Shown here piece by piece: positions 1 through 10,909 of a stretch of DNA of 39,379 nt. The notes under the pieces were generated by a model. It had not been told where the DNA came from and did not search any database. It saw nothing but the letters and a program-made list of their open reading frames with translations. This stretch comes from Octopus bimaculoides (lineage: Eukaryota). Within the stretch, counting starts at the first letter, position 1. Each line of letters begins with the position of its first letter. A program made the translations under genes and the position numbers. The stretch lies in assembly GCF_001194135.2 (NCBI RefSeq), contig NC_068982.1, positions 76,321,769 to 76,361,147 of the forward strand, read 5' to 3'.

Positions 1-6
1 TATATA

Positions 7-42
<36 letters not shown>

Positions 43-56
43 CATATATATATACA
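1..56. repeat. (TA)n microsatellite
   Basis: Direct reading of the sequence. Confidence 0.95.
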
Positions 57-60
57 TTTA

Positions 61-870
61 TAGAAAAAAGGAGCTGTCTTTTATCCTTTAAGAGCTGAAA
101 CAACAATAATCATTCAACATTAGAAGCAATCCTTGCTAGTCCTTTGCATATTACTAAGTCATTTGTTCTTGTAAATCCCATAGGATTCAAGGTACTTTAA
201 GACATCGACTCTTTTGTGTTGTATTGCTGTTGTTTGAACAGATAAGTAAATGGCTTTCATCTTCATTGATGGGCATGTATTCAGTCTTTTTTGCATTGGG
301 AAACAAATGACCCTTGAGTACAGCATTCTCAAGGGATTTTAGTAAACTTTGTGCAACACAGTTGATTACATGTGAGGGAAAGACCATCAGCCTAGTCACG
401 ATTAGAAAGACTCGGGCTCTACTGACATCTTCATCCCCTTTGCTTACTGGTGAAGCCTCTGTCTTGGAGATAACAGTTACCGTTTTGCTTTAGAATGTAG
501 TCCACCACAATCACTAAGAAGAAAAAGAACTAGAGTGTCTCACTGAAGGATTACTGTTGCTGATGGAAACTTACTTGGATTGTTTGTGCTTTGCAGAAAA
601 CTTGATGGATTTTCATAGATGAAAGTGATGGTTTGACAATCTCATCTGGAATTATTCCATGGTTCAACAAGATATGTAACATTGTCTTTCTCTTGACGCT
701 AGCAAAAGCATTGAATAAATCCCCAAATGTGATTGTTGTCTTTTGCTTGGTGAGCCTGAGCTCTTCTATATTGTTCTAAGGGCAAGGATCTGTGGAAATA
801 TTGCAGAAGCTGTTTTGGTTCTGTCACATGATGAAATCAATGGGAGAGGAAATTCTATTAATTCACAGTG
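61..870 (-). mobile_element. Degenerate RTE-clade LINE reverse transcriptase fragment
   Basis: Manual minus-strand translation across frameshifts and stops gives RT motifs in order: QILALR..IEE..ITFGDLFNAF, ILQ*DTL..VIVVDYILK (QGDTL), D*ADGL (YADDL), AQSLLKSLE..NAKKTEYM, KYLESY (KYLGSY), DLVICKGLA. Confidence 0.8.
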
Positions 871-974
871 TTCAATTACGTTACGGCATGATTTGAGGGA
901 GTTTGGCTGCAATTTCTCCAAAGTTTTCGTTATAATTAGTCAATATCTAAAAATAATTGTAGAAACATATTTAT

Positions 975-1160
975 ATTTTTGGTACAAGGCCAACATTTTT
1001 AGCGGAAGGGGAAATAAGGGAGTACATTGACCCCTGTACTTGTATTTTATCATATCGGCCCCGAAAGGATGAAAGCAAAGGCAACCTCAGGGGAATTTCA
1101 ACTCAGAATGGAAGGAGCCAGAAGAAAGACTTTAACACTTCTGCCAGTTTCCCACCTTCC
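975..1160 (-). mobile_element. SINE family A fragment (tRNA-like head GGCGGCGAGCTGGCAGAATCGTTAG, core TTTTATCGACCCCGAAAGGATGAAAGGCAAAGTCGAC on the opposite strand, (ATT)n tail)
   Basis: Contains ccccgaaaggatgaaagcaaag..tttcaactcagaat, shared with many other copies in the window. Confidence 0.6.
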
Positions 1161-1499
1161 CACAATTCATTAATAGAAATTACGTAAAATAGTTGCTATT
1201 AGGAATCCAAATTATGTCAAAATTTCTAATGCGACTTATAACTATCCATACAATTCACGTTGTGTATGGTATACACGTAATAGAATGGACCGTATTTGAG
1301 AATAGGATAGTAGGAGTTGGTTTAAACATACATTACAACTGTATGATGAACGTTATAGAACCTAAGCCCGATAGTTAGGGCTTACAAAACTGTTCTTGAA
1401 GGAAACAGACGTGATAAGTATTTTGGAATGTTTATGTACATTTGTATTAAAATCATGGAATTGAGTGCACGTGGAGTTAACCGAGGAGGGTGAAGGAAG

Positions 1500-1501
<2 letters not shown>

Positions 1502-1536
<35 letters not shown>

Positions 1537-1622
1537 GAGAGAGAGACAGACAGAGACACAGAAAGAGACAGAGATAGATACAGACAGACAGAGATAGAGA
1601 CATACAGACAGAGATAAAGACA
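1502..1622. repeat. (GA)n/(GACA)n compound microsatellite
   Basis: Direct reading; explains the SLSLS/VCLYL ORFs. Confidence 0.95.
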
Positions 1623-2183
1623 GAGTACGCAGAATTGCTGGATGACTGTAAAAGAAATGGATAGAGGGTATTGCTGTGAACGGTGCAAGTTGGGCTCAGA
1701 GGCGTTGTAGGGCTCGCTCTAAGGAAGGGGATTCAGGTTTTGGGTGCAGTTGGACGTAAGGTGAAGGTATCGATGAGGCGAACTTGTGTGGCGACAGAGT
1801 TTAGTTCATGTTGGATAGCACGAAATTAGGCAGGTAGCTTTAAAAAGGTTACTGAGTGGGCCAACTTAATGCAGTCCCAGTCAGCCAGATGGGATGGAGA
1901 AGTGAAGTATTTAAATGACCGAAACTGCGATGAGATCGGGTAACTATTGATGAGTCTCCAGTATTCGCAGCGAGGAACTTAGCTGTTGATATTTCATTTA
2001 GAGAGAAAAGACATTTTAGGATGCAGTTAGGAAAAATAGAAGACAAGATTGTTTTTTTTTCTAAATGATTGTGTGTGTTATGTGAATTTGAAGCAGATTT
2101 GCATATCAAACAGACAACTTTGAAAACAGTACATTAACCGTTATAGTTAGTTACTTAGTCACAATGATGTATGGAAACAATTA

Positions 2184-2186
<3 letters not shown>

Positions 2187-2262
<76 letters not shown>

Positions 2263-2297
2263 TGTGTGTCTGTGTGCATGTGTGTGTGTGTGTGTGT
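2187..2297. repeat. (TG)n microsatellite
   Basis: Direct reading. Confidence 0.95.
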
Positions 2298-2559
2298 ACA
2301 CGTTATCTTTTAGTCAGGGGAGAGATCAGTGCTCCATGATCCTTTACAGGGCATCTGAGATTGGTTGGAGGGAAGAAGAGTGGGAGGTATCCCTAAACAG
2401 CAAATCTGGTCAGAATACTTACAACAAAGTGAACGCCGTCAAAGACACCCAACGTGTCAGTTAGTTGTGATGTTAAACCAGGATTTGAACTAAGAATGTA
2501 AAGAATGAGAACGAATGCCACTATGCATCTATTCCGTTCTCACAGTTTCGCCAATCCAT

Positions 2560-2705
2560 CGTCCTGAATTAACACATTTTTATCGACTCTGGACAGATGA
2601 AAGGCAAAGTTGACCGTGGCAGGATTTGCACTCAGAACATGTAGATTCGGAACAAATATCCCATGACATTCTGTCGGATGCTCTAACGACTCTGCCAATT
2701 TGCAC
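2560..2705 (-). mobile_element. SINE family A fragment
   Basis: ttttatcgactctggacagatgaaaggcaaagttgacc..ctaacgactctgccaa. Confidence 0.7.
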
Positions 2706-2919
2706 GTTTGTTTTGTTTTTTATGTGAATGTATGTATATATATGTGAGTGTGTGTGTGTGTCTGTGTGCCAGTGTTTTTATATTTATGTGCGTCTCTGTG
2801 TTTTTGTATATGTAAGTATATGTGTGTGTGTGTGTCTATATGTATGTTGTTTATACATATGTAATTTGGAATTGTGGTTTCTATCAGAATTAATGAAATT
2901 TTGTTATTATTTTATTGTT

Positions 2920-3055
2920 TCCGCCGAGGTCGACTTTGCCTTTTATCCTTCTAAGGTCGATAAAATAAGTACCAAATGAACACTGTGGTCGACGTAATCG
3001 ACTAACTCCCTCCGTCAAAATTTCAGGCCTTGTGCTTATATTACAAAGGATTATT
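2920..3055 (+). mobile_element. SINE family A, 3' half
   Basis: ccgccgaggtcgactttgcc..gtcgataaaataagtacc..ggccttgtgc followed by an attattatt tail. Confidence 0.8.
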
Positions 3056-3239
3056 ATTTTTTTGTTTGTTTGTTATGTTACGTTTTCTTTCTCTGTTTTA
3101 TTTTCTGTATACATTAGAGTTCAAAGAAATAACATCTCTCATTATTTACAAGATGTTATTCCACTCTTTTGAGAAAGGATTGCACACATTATCTTTCACT
3201 GTTGTTACCCGTTTCTCTAGGTTAAGTCTGTGTCAAATA

Positions 3240-3457
3240 CTTATTTCAAAATTTTGGCATAAGGTCAGCAAGTTTGGAGTAGGGCTTAGTCAATTACATC
3301 GACCCTAGTTTTCAACTACTACTTATTTTATCGACCCTGAAAGGATAAAAAGCAAAGTCGACTCCGGCGGCATTTGAACTCAGAACGTAACGACGGAAGA
3401 AATACCACTAAGAACTTTTTCCGGTGCGTTAACGATTCTGCCAACTCGCCGCCTTAC
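3240..3457 (-). mobile_element. Full-length SINE family A with 12-bp target-site duplication
   Basis: Head aaggcggcgagttggcagaatcgttaac (A-box-like) and gagttcaaatgcc (B-box-like). Direct repeat ctgtgtcaaata at 3228-3239 and 3458-3469. Confidence 0.9.
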
Positions 3458-3539
3458 CTGTGTCAAATATTGCCTCTAGGTTTTTCAGACAACTATCCAG
3501 ATGTATAACTTTCACGTCTTGCAACATTACATTAGTTCC

Positions 3540-3720
3540 TGATTTAGGAACAAGGTCAACATTTTTGAGAGGAGGGGGAGTAGTCAGATCCATCAACCCA
3601 TGTACTTAAATGATGCTTTCTTTTATCGATCCCTAAAGGTTGAAAGACAAAGGTAATTTCTGCTGGATTTGAACACATTGTAAAAAACCGAAAGAAATGA
3701 TAAAGCAAAGCATTTTTGCC
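3540..3720 (-). mobile_element. SINE family A, diverged copy
   Basis: Same core and tail motifs as 3240-3457. Confidence 0.7.
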
Positions 3721-4076
3721 TCGCTCTAGTGATTCTCTGTGGTCTTCACCCTTGGTTTCTGATTTAGGCACAAGGCCTGCAATTTTGAGAGGAGAGAGTT
3801 GGTAACAACAAAAGCAACAACATCCACAATAATAACACTAACAACTGCACCAACAACAACATCAACATCGATGAAGTTCTTCCTATTAGGCATTCTTATA
3901 CGTATTACGGGCTGTTGTTTTTATCGTTTTCTTTATTATTACAATAAAGGGGAGAAGGCTTTGATCTTGTACCGCATTTAAAAACCCTTCAGTCTCTACC
4001 TTGAGACCCGAGCTTCTCAACAAGTGTTGGGATTTTACATTGACTATTTCTGTTTAACTTATCCCAGTATTTGCCA

Positions 4077-4128
<52 letters not shown>

Positions 4129-4131
<3 letters not shown>

Positions 4132-4332
4132 TAATTTTATTTTTATAACGTGCTTTCACTTCACTACCGAGCACAGCTCTGTGCGCCTTGGGTATGTGCT
4201 GTGGTTTGCTGTGATGCTCTTATGGTTACCGTATTGAAAGTGTTTTGCGTAGGATGTGTGCAGTGCCCAGTAGTGCAATTTTCTGTATGTTATATATATT
4301 TGTTGCAATTTTTTGTATGTTATATATATTTG

Positions 4333-4333
<1 letters not shown>
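4129..4333 (-). mobile_element. 5'-truncated 3' end of an R4/Dong-like RLE non-LTR retrotransposon (family B) inside (TAA)n
   Basis: About 95% identical by hand alignment to 36816-36954 and to the 3' end of 28434-28728. Flanked by (ATT)n at 4077-4128 and 4334-4367. Confidence 0.85.
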
Positions 4334-4367
<34 letters not shown>

Positions 4368-4769
4368 GTCGGCTATAAAAATGCTGTTATGTAGTGCTAA
4401 GTATTTCAAAATATTCAATATGTTATTTAAAGAACATCATTCAGTCCCATATCGTATATTACAATGGTATTGATATTATGTGGTATAAATTTCTCCTCAG
4501 TGGAAACATCAGGTCACTGATAACATGGAGATTTAGTTGTTTCCCTGTTGTTCTTCCATACTATGATCAAGGTATAGAAGTTGATTGTAAGTGTTCGTCT
4601 GATATTTATTGGGTGTGGTTTGTCTTTCAAGAGAAATTGAAAAGATTGTTGTGTATCTAAATATTTGATGAGGGTGGAGTAACCTGAAGATTCAGACTTA
4701 GGTCGGAATGACCACCAAGGCCAGAGGTTGACAACGGCGTGTAAGTGATCGAAATTACCCCCACCCCTT

Positions 4770-4950
4770 TTCTGAACGAGACTCCAGACCGTTGTAGGAT
4801 TAACTCACCAGTTATTGCTAGAACTCATTTGCCATTGGGTGAACTGGAGCAACGTAAAATGAAGTGTTTTGGTCAAGAACACGAAAGCACCACCAAGAAT
4901 CGAAAGTACGATCTTACGTTTGTGAGGGCAACACTCTGACTAGGCCACAC
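4770..4950 (-). mobile_element. SINE family C variant fragment
   Basis: gaactggagcaacgtaaaatgaagtgttttggtcaagaacac..gaatcgaaa..gatcttacg. Confidence 0.65.
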
Positions 4951-5632
4951 ATTTGATGTGAAGATATATAATTGTGAAAGCTCATTGGGACTGTCAACCT
5001 GAAAAAAAAAAAACGGCTGGTAGGCTGCAACTACTGCTGCTTCTGCTACTGCTGCTGTTACTTCTGTAGCTGTTGTTACTGTTGCTGCAGTTGTTATATT
5101 GTAATTATTAGCAGTGGAAATATATTCAAACGCCTCGCTCATTTTTTTCGCCAATGGCGTGGAAGGTGTGTCCAAGGTATTTTGGCTTTTTCTCTTTTTG
5201 TGGTCACGACTTGTTAACCCTATCTGATTTACATCGATAGTTGACGCGAATGCTTCCTGTCGAAAAAAGAAGGCTTTCTGATATTATATTGGGGATGAGA
5301 AAAGGAATAAAACAGGGCTTGATATTTCAAAGAATATACATATCCTGTTATACTGTAAGGAGTACAGAGAACAGTGGAATGTCTGCTGTGTAATGCTACA
5401 ACACATCTTGGACGCGTCCCCGTCTACGGAATGCTTATGACTTTACTAAGTTTCTTCAGCCTCGAGATCTTAATCTATTGATATGTAAGTCAGAAGATTT
5501 GGGTGAGTGCTTTTTTTTTGTGTTATATTTTGATTCTTGAAATTTTGAATATTTCTTAAATCTTACCACCAACGATAATTTTGTATTATAATTTGCTGGA
5601 TGAGAGTTCAATTCCCACTTAAGTGAAAGTAG

Positions 5633-5780
5633 TAAGGCCAGCTAGTTGAATCATTTAAGTGTCGGGAAAATGCTATGTCGGTTGTTCTGGATCTTTGTGT
5701 TTCTCAGTTCAAATCCGGCTCAAGTCAACTTTGCTTTTCGTTCCCATGCAGGGTCGATAAGATAAAATAGCAGTCACTCG
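5633..5780 (+). mobile_element. SINE family A, diverged fragment
   Basis: cagttcaaatccggctcaagtcaactttgc..gggtcgataagataaaat. Confidence 0.6.
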
Positions 5781-5793
5781 ATCAATTCCTAGG

Positions 5794-5835
5794 GATATCT
5801 GAAGAAGGAATTATTATACTCCGAAATATTATATC
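5794..5835 (+). ncRNA. Candidate minimal type I hammerhead ribozyme with intact core
   Basis: gatat-CTGAAGA-a-gga(attattatac)tcc-GAAA-ta-T-T-atatc. Stem I gatat/atatc, stem II gga/tcc, palindromic ATAT in place of stem III. Confidence 0.5.
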
Positions 5836-6007
5836 AGACTATGGATAATTAAATTACAACAGTTATTATAGTCCATTGTTGCTATTATAGTGCATCGTTG
5901 TGTCATTTAAAACACATTATTTTTTGTTGATAATGATATCGACAGACATCTTACCCTCAAAATTACTGCCATTGTACCTAAATTAGAAGTCCTTGTTTAG
6001 TGTACGA

Positions 6008-6180
6008 AAGGCGGTAAGGTGGCGGAATCGTTAGCATGTCGGACAAAACACTTCTTTACGTTTTGGGTTCAAATTACGCCAAGGGGGCAATAAAATAAAG
6101 TACCAGTCAGGTTCTGGGTCGAGGTAATCGACTAAACCCTCTCCTCCAAATTACCAAAATTGTGCATTAATCAGAAATCG
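6008..6180 (+). mobile_element. SINE family A, internally deleted copy
   Basis: aaggcggtaaggtggcggaatcgttagc..gggttcaaattacgcc..gtcgaggtaatcgact. Confidence 0.75.
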
Positions 6181-6436
6181 TTCTTTAGTTCATGGTATTT
6201 TCAAGCACCAAGAAGGTGTGTGTGCGTGTCCTTTTCTTTGTATGTTTGTATGTATGTAGGTTTGGCAGGTGTGACTGGAACGGTAGAAATTGCTTTGTGC
6301 TTAGTTTGAAGCCTCGATGAAGATTTTTCATACTTTCATTCGATTTCATGAAGGTTAGGAATAAATATAAAAGCAATATGCATTTTTTGTGTAATGTTTA
6401 ATTTTTATTTATACACATACGGCCGTGTGGTTAGTT

Positions 6437-6594
6437 ACAGACATGACTGTGTGGTTTAAGAAGGTCACTTTGCAAATAAGTGGCTTCGGTTTCAGTCACG
6501 CAGCGCGATACCTTGGACAAGTGTCTTCGATAGTTATGGGCTTATAAGTGAATTTGGTTGACGGAAATTGTGCAGAAGCTCGTCGTATGTGTGT

Positions 6595-6625
<31 letters not shown>

Positions 6626-6830
6626 CTTGTCATCCTCACTACTTGAAAACCGGTGTTGGTTTATTTGTAACTCTGTTTACGTCCCTGTCTCCTAGCAGTT
6701 CGGCAAAGTGATCGATAGAATAAGTACCGGACTTGAATAAAAGAAAATATATACTCAGATCGAATTTTTCGACTAGACTCTTCAAGGTCGTGCATCCGCA
6801 TGGCCGCATCCAATGACTGAAGCAAATACA
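6437..6830 (+). mobile_element. SINE family B (tRNA head plus CORE-like accttgggcaagtgtctt, internal (TG)n)
   Basis: ataccttggacaagtgtctt, internal TG tract, tail gcatggccgcatccaatgactgaagcaa; homologous to 30945-31363 and 33612-34012. Confidence 0.8.
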
Positions 6831-7774
6831 AACACCTTAATCAGTTATATATAAATGTATACAGGTTTGCATACCTATATCTTCTAAGTACGCAGACGCA
6901 TAGTGGTTAGCACAACTGTATAGTTTACATCAGATGCAACATATATCATACCTTGATACTGTGTGGACTAACATCCCTTTTGACAAGTCGCCAGTTTATC
7001 ATCATTTTCAGTTTAAGTCAACAAATGTGGACGGTCGAATGTTCTGATATTACTTTGGTGATATCAGCTACAAGGTTTACAGCTTACGTGGCATTCGAGT
7101 TCCTGCTGTAGTTCTAGAAAAGAAGTACTCAATCCAAACGTAGAGTACAGTAGTTTCTTTAGGCTAGTCTGGTGGCTTGTTACTGTAGACCACCTAAAAT
7201 AAACTTTGCCTGTTTTTCTCTCCCCCCTCTCTCTCTCTCTCTCTCTCCCTCTCTCTCTCTCTCTCTCCCTNNNNNNNNNNCTCTCTCTCTTTCTCGATAT
7301 ATTTATATATGTGTGTGTGTGTGTGTGCGTGTGTGTGTGTACACATATAGTTCTTTTCCTAACACAATATATATTACGTCAACCGTTGTCTGTTAAGGGC
7401 ACGTAAACATATCACATGTCTTGCTGTGAATATTGTTTTGGATTAAAAGTCAAGTTAATGAGTTAGTGATCAGATAACTACCGCAGTTTCAATGACTGCT
7501 TAACAAAACTTTGTAACATTCGCTTCTGATCGTGTGCTTTTTTTTTTGTCTCTCTACTTCAGTTCCATGCTCTAAACAGTCTTCACAGCAAGACTAAATA
7601 TGGTTATATGCACATAATATTTTACACAAAAGTATTGTGCTAAAGAACTAGAGTTAAAGTTAGCTCGAATTCTATAGATTAACTTAATATGCTGCGAGAT
7701 ATAATGTTTCAACCTTAAAGACAAAAACCAATACATTTTGTGTTTAGTACACGTGTACTAAATGCGAGACTGTA

Positions 7775-7900
7775 AGCGCAGTATGGTTGAATGGTTAAGA
7801 AGTTTGCTTTGCAAGCGTGAGGTCTCAAGTTAGATTCCACTGCGTAGTCTCTCGGGGAAGGGTAATTTCTTGCTACCTTAAATCAACCCGATACTTTCTG
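7775..7900 (+). mobile_element. SINE family B, degenerate 5' fragment
   Basis: gcgcagtatggttgaatggttaagaagtttgcttt..gattccactgcg. Confidence 0.5.
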
Positions 7901-7959
7901 AGTAGAGGTCCGCCAGATGGATCGTACAAATCCTTGTAAAGGTAAAACTTTGTCACATG

Positions 7960-8085
7960 CCCACACTGTTTCTCGTTGATTCTGCTTCAGAATTAAAGGA
8001 TACACGCGTCTGTGACAGACTCAGCCACGTACACGTGAATTCAAGAGCAGGTTATTCAGTAAATCGAACAACTGCGTATCCACTA
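7960..8085 (+). mobile_element. SINE family C, degenerate 3' fragment
   Basis: acacgcgtctgtgacagactcagccacgtacacgtgaattcaagagcagg. Confidence 0.5.
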
Positions 8086-8492
8086 CCAGCAACAACAACA
8101 ACAACAACAGCATATATATGCATATATGCATACATTCATATATACATACATACACATATATATGTGTATGTATATAAGTATGTATGTATATATGCATGTG
8201 TCCATCAGTGTATATACGTATCCACATATGTATGTTTGCAACTGCTTTTTAATTATCTGAATTCTTCCTCTGAAGAAAAGGTTGCATTCTAACAAAGATA
8301 CAATCTTCCATCGTTCGAATGTAGATAAAAAAGACGAAAAACAATGCCACGTTTTGAACATGAAGAAAGTCTTGCATATTCCGCTCACAGATAGTATTTG
8401 TAATGTGCGAGCTAGTTGGTTGATTTCTTTTTCTGAAACCGAAGCTTCTGTATTTATCACTTAGACATTTACTTACAAAACTAAGTGCATAA

Positions 8493-8850
8493 TTACCTCC
8501 ACCTTAGCGAAGACGGCGGTATTTTTTTCAGTCGTGTTTGTTTGTTTGTCCGTGGACAAGATATCTCAAGAACTGCTGGATGGATTCGGATGAAACTTTC
8601 AGGGATGTTTGGCCTCGTGACTGGCACGAACTGATTAAATTTTGGGATCAATCTGGTACCAGACGGATTCTGGATTAGTTTTCCTGCTTTTTTTTTTACT
8701 TAATTTTTGAGAGTGGTGGGGTTCATTTTTAGTATTCTCGTTTGTGAAAGCAGTCCAGTTTATTTCAGATATTCTCATTTTAAAAATCATCCATGGTTAA
8801 TCGTTGAGAGGACGTTGGTGCTGCCTTGGCGAAGTTTTGCGCTCTTTGAT
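8493..8850 (+). mobile_element. Probable Helentron-associated non-autonomous element (HINE/DINE-1-like)
   Basis: Starts ttacctccacc.., then a (GTTT)n tract and caagatatctcaagaactgctggatggattcggatgaaacttt; ends ccttggcgaagttttgcgctct, a degenerate subterminal inverted repeat plus GC-rich end. Confidence 0.5.
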
Positions 8851-8854
8851 ATAT

Positions 8855-9471
8855 NNNNNNNNNNNNNNNNNNNNNNNNNNNNNNNNNNNNNNNNNNNNNN
8901 NNNNNNNNNNNNNNNNNNNNNNNNNNNNNNNNNNNNNNNNNNNNNNNNNNNNNNNNNNNNNNNNNNNNNNNNNNNNNNNNNNNNNNNNNNNNNNNNNNNN
9001 NNNNNNNNNNNNNNNNNNNNNNNNNNNNNNNNNNNNNNNNNNNNNNNNNNNNNNNNNNNNNNNNNNNNNNNNNNNNNNNNNNNNNNNNNNNNNNNNNNNN
9101 NNNNNNNNNNNNNNNNNNNNNNNNNNNNNNNNNNNNNNNNNNNNNNNNNNNNNNNNNNNNNNNNNNNNNNNNNNNNNNNNNNNNNNNNNNNNNNNNNNNN
9201 NNNNNNNNNNNNNNNNNNNNNNNNNNNNNNNNNNNNNNNNNNNNNNNNNNNNNNNNNNNNNNNNNNNNNNNNNNNNNNNNNNNNNNNNNNNNNNNNNNNN
9301 NNNNNNNNNNNNNNNNNNNNNNNNNNNNNNNNNNNNNNNNNNNNNNNNNNNNNNNNNNNNNNNNNNNNNNNNNNNNNNNNNNNNNNNNNNNNNNNNNNNN
9401 NNNNNNNNNNNNNNNNNNNNNNNNNNNNNNNNNNNNNNNNNNNNNNNNNNNNNNNNNNNNNNNNNNNNNNN
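8855..9471. other. Assembly gap (N-run)
   Basis: N characters. Other gaps: 7271-7280, 11486-11554, 12784-13429, 18785-19020, 27655-28433. Confidence 1.
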
Positions 9472-10626
9472 ATATATATATATATACGTTCAAGGAGACA
9501 CTAATATATCCTAAGATTTTATTTTACAAATCTCCAGTGCACCAGTAATTGTTAACATTTTAAGAATTAATGTCAGTCTCCCAGTACCGCCATAATCACC
9601 AACCGCACTAGCATACCACATGCTAACGAAGTTACATCTATGTAGTTGCTCAACTTGTTAAAAAAAATCAGTCAAATCTCTTGTAAAACACATCCTGCCG
9701 CTTAAGAACTGGAAATTCACATTGGAATATAGGCCCCCTCCTCTTCGGCGGAGCGTACAGCCCAAGTTACGAAATGCTGGTGATCCTGAGATATCTACTG
9801 GATTCAGGAGAGAGCTTGCATTATCTCTGAGTAGCTCCCGCAGTTTGTACATGGAGCAAATCATCCCCGATGCTTACTTCTCCTCCTTGATAACATCGAT
9901 TTCTGTGAGATGATGCAGAGAAATCTCAACATGAAAATCAGTCAAGGAAGCTCAACCTCTTTTTCCTGCATCAATATTTTTGTTTGTTGATCATTTATTT
10001 AATATTTCACGCCATTATACTATTGAGTTGATCACTGAATAAAACAATCGTCGAAGGTGTTTTTATAAAACTTCCCGGTTTTCCTTTTTGGTGTTGTTTT
10101 TCTGGAGTTTTATTTTATTCAGTTAAACCTGTTGTTTTAATATAATGAATTTTCTAAATACAATTTTGTGAAATCTTTAAACACTAATTATAGCGTTTCC
10201 TTCATACAAAAGCTCAAATTTTCCTTGAATTTCATTAATTTTTCACATGCCCATGCATAATAATTATACTATAAAACTTCATACAAGAAAATAAATCTAG
10301 ATTCTTCTAGAAAATTTTCTGGTTGGTTGAATAAAAAACAAAATCAACACATAGACTGCTAAACACGCTCATATACACATGCAAATGATGTAAATTTTTG
10401 TGTGTAAATATATTTCTATAAACATACACACACGCACACACGCACTCACACGCACAGACACACACGCACAGACACACACACACAATGTGAATCATTTTAG
10501 GTGTGCGTCTGTCTATCTATCTCTTTTTCTATGTATGAGTGTATATACATATATGCATGAATGAATACACACACACAAACACTCACACACACATACACAC
10601 TTATATATGACAGTGATGAAGATAAA

Positions 10627-10907
10627 GATATCAGTACGGCACTCCGTCGGTTGCGACGATGAGGGTTCCAGTAGATCCGATCAATGGAAGAGCCTGCTCA
10701 TAAAATTAACGTGCATGTGGCTGAGCACTCCACAGACACGTGTACTTTTGATGTAACAAGGCTGGCCTTTTGAAATAGAGGTACTACTCATTTTTGTCAG
10801 CTGAGTGGACTAGTGCAACGTGAAATAAAGTGTCTTGCTCAAGGACATAACGCGTCGCCGAAAATTGAACTCACGACCTCACGATCTTGAGCAGAATACC
10901 CTAAACG
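10627..10907 (-). mobile_element. SINE family C (tRNA-like head ..TAGGGTATTC..TCAAGATCGTGAGGTCGTGAGTTC, CORE-like gtccttgagcaagacact)
   Basis: Homologous to 14040-14322 and 20534-20860. Confidence 0.85.
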
Positions 10908-10909
10908 CT

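Noticed and set aside
1849-2109. Minus-strand ORF with SSIV..H..FGH, faintly like a Penelope GIY-YIG C-terminal half
   Set aside because: No GIY or YIG motif, and the similarity is too weak to call without an HMM search.
4370-4660. Possible additional RLE fragment on the minus strand beside (TAA)n (IIVWKNN..PDV)
   Set aside because: Needs several frameshifts to fit; not distinguishable from chance by eye.
5140-5510. Putative mini first exon ATG GCG TGG AAG GTG TGT CCA AG|GTATTT with downstream GTAAGT/GTGAGT donors
   Set aside because: No consistent open second exon or recognisable product; such motifs are frequent by chance.
9500-10330. Possible DNA-transposon (piggyBac-like) C-terminus and end next to the gap
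   Set aside because: Cysteine spacing is not preserved and no terminal repeat or TTAA could be identified.
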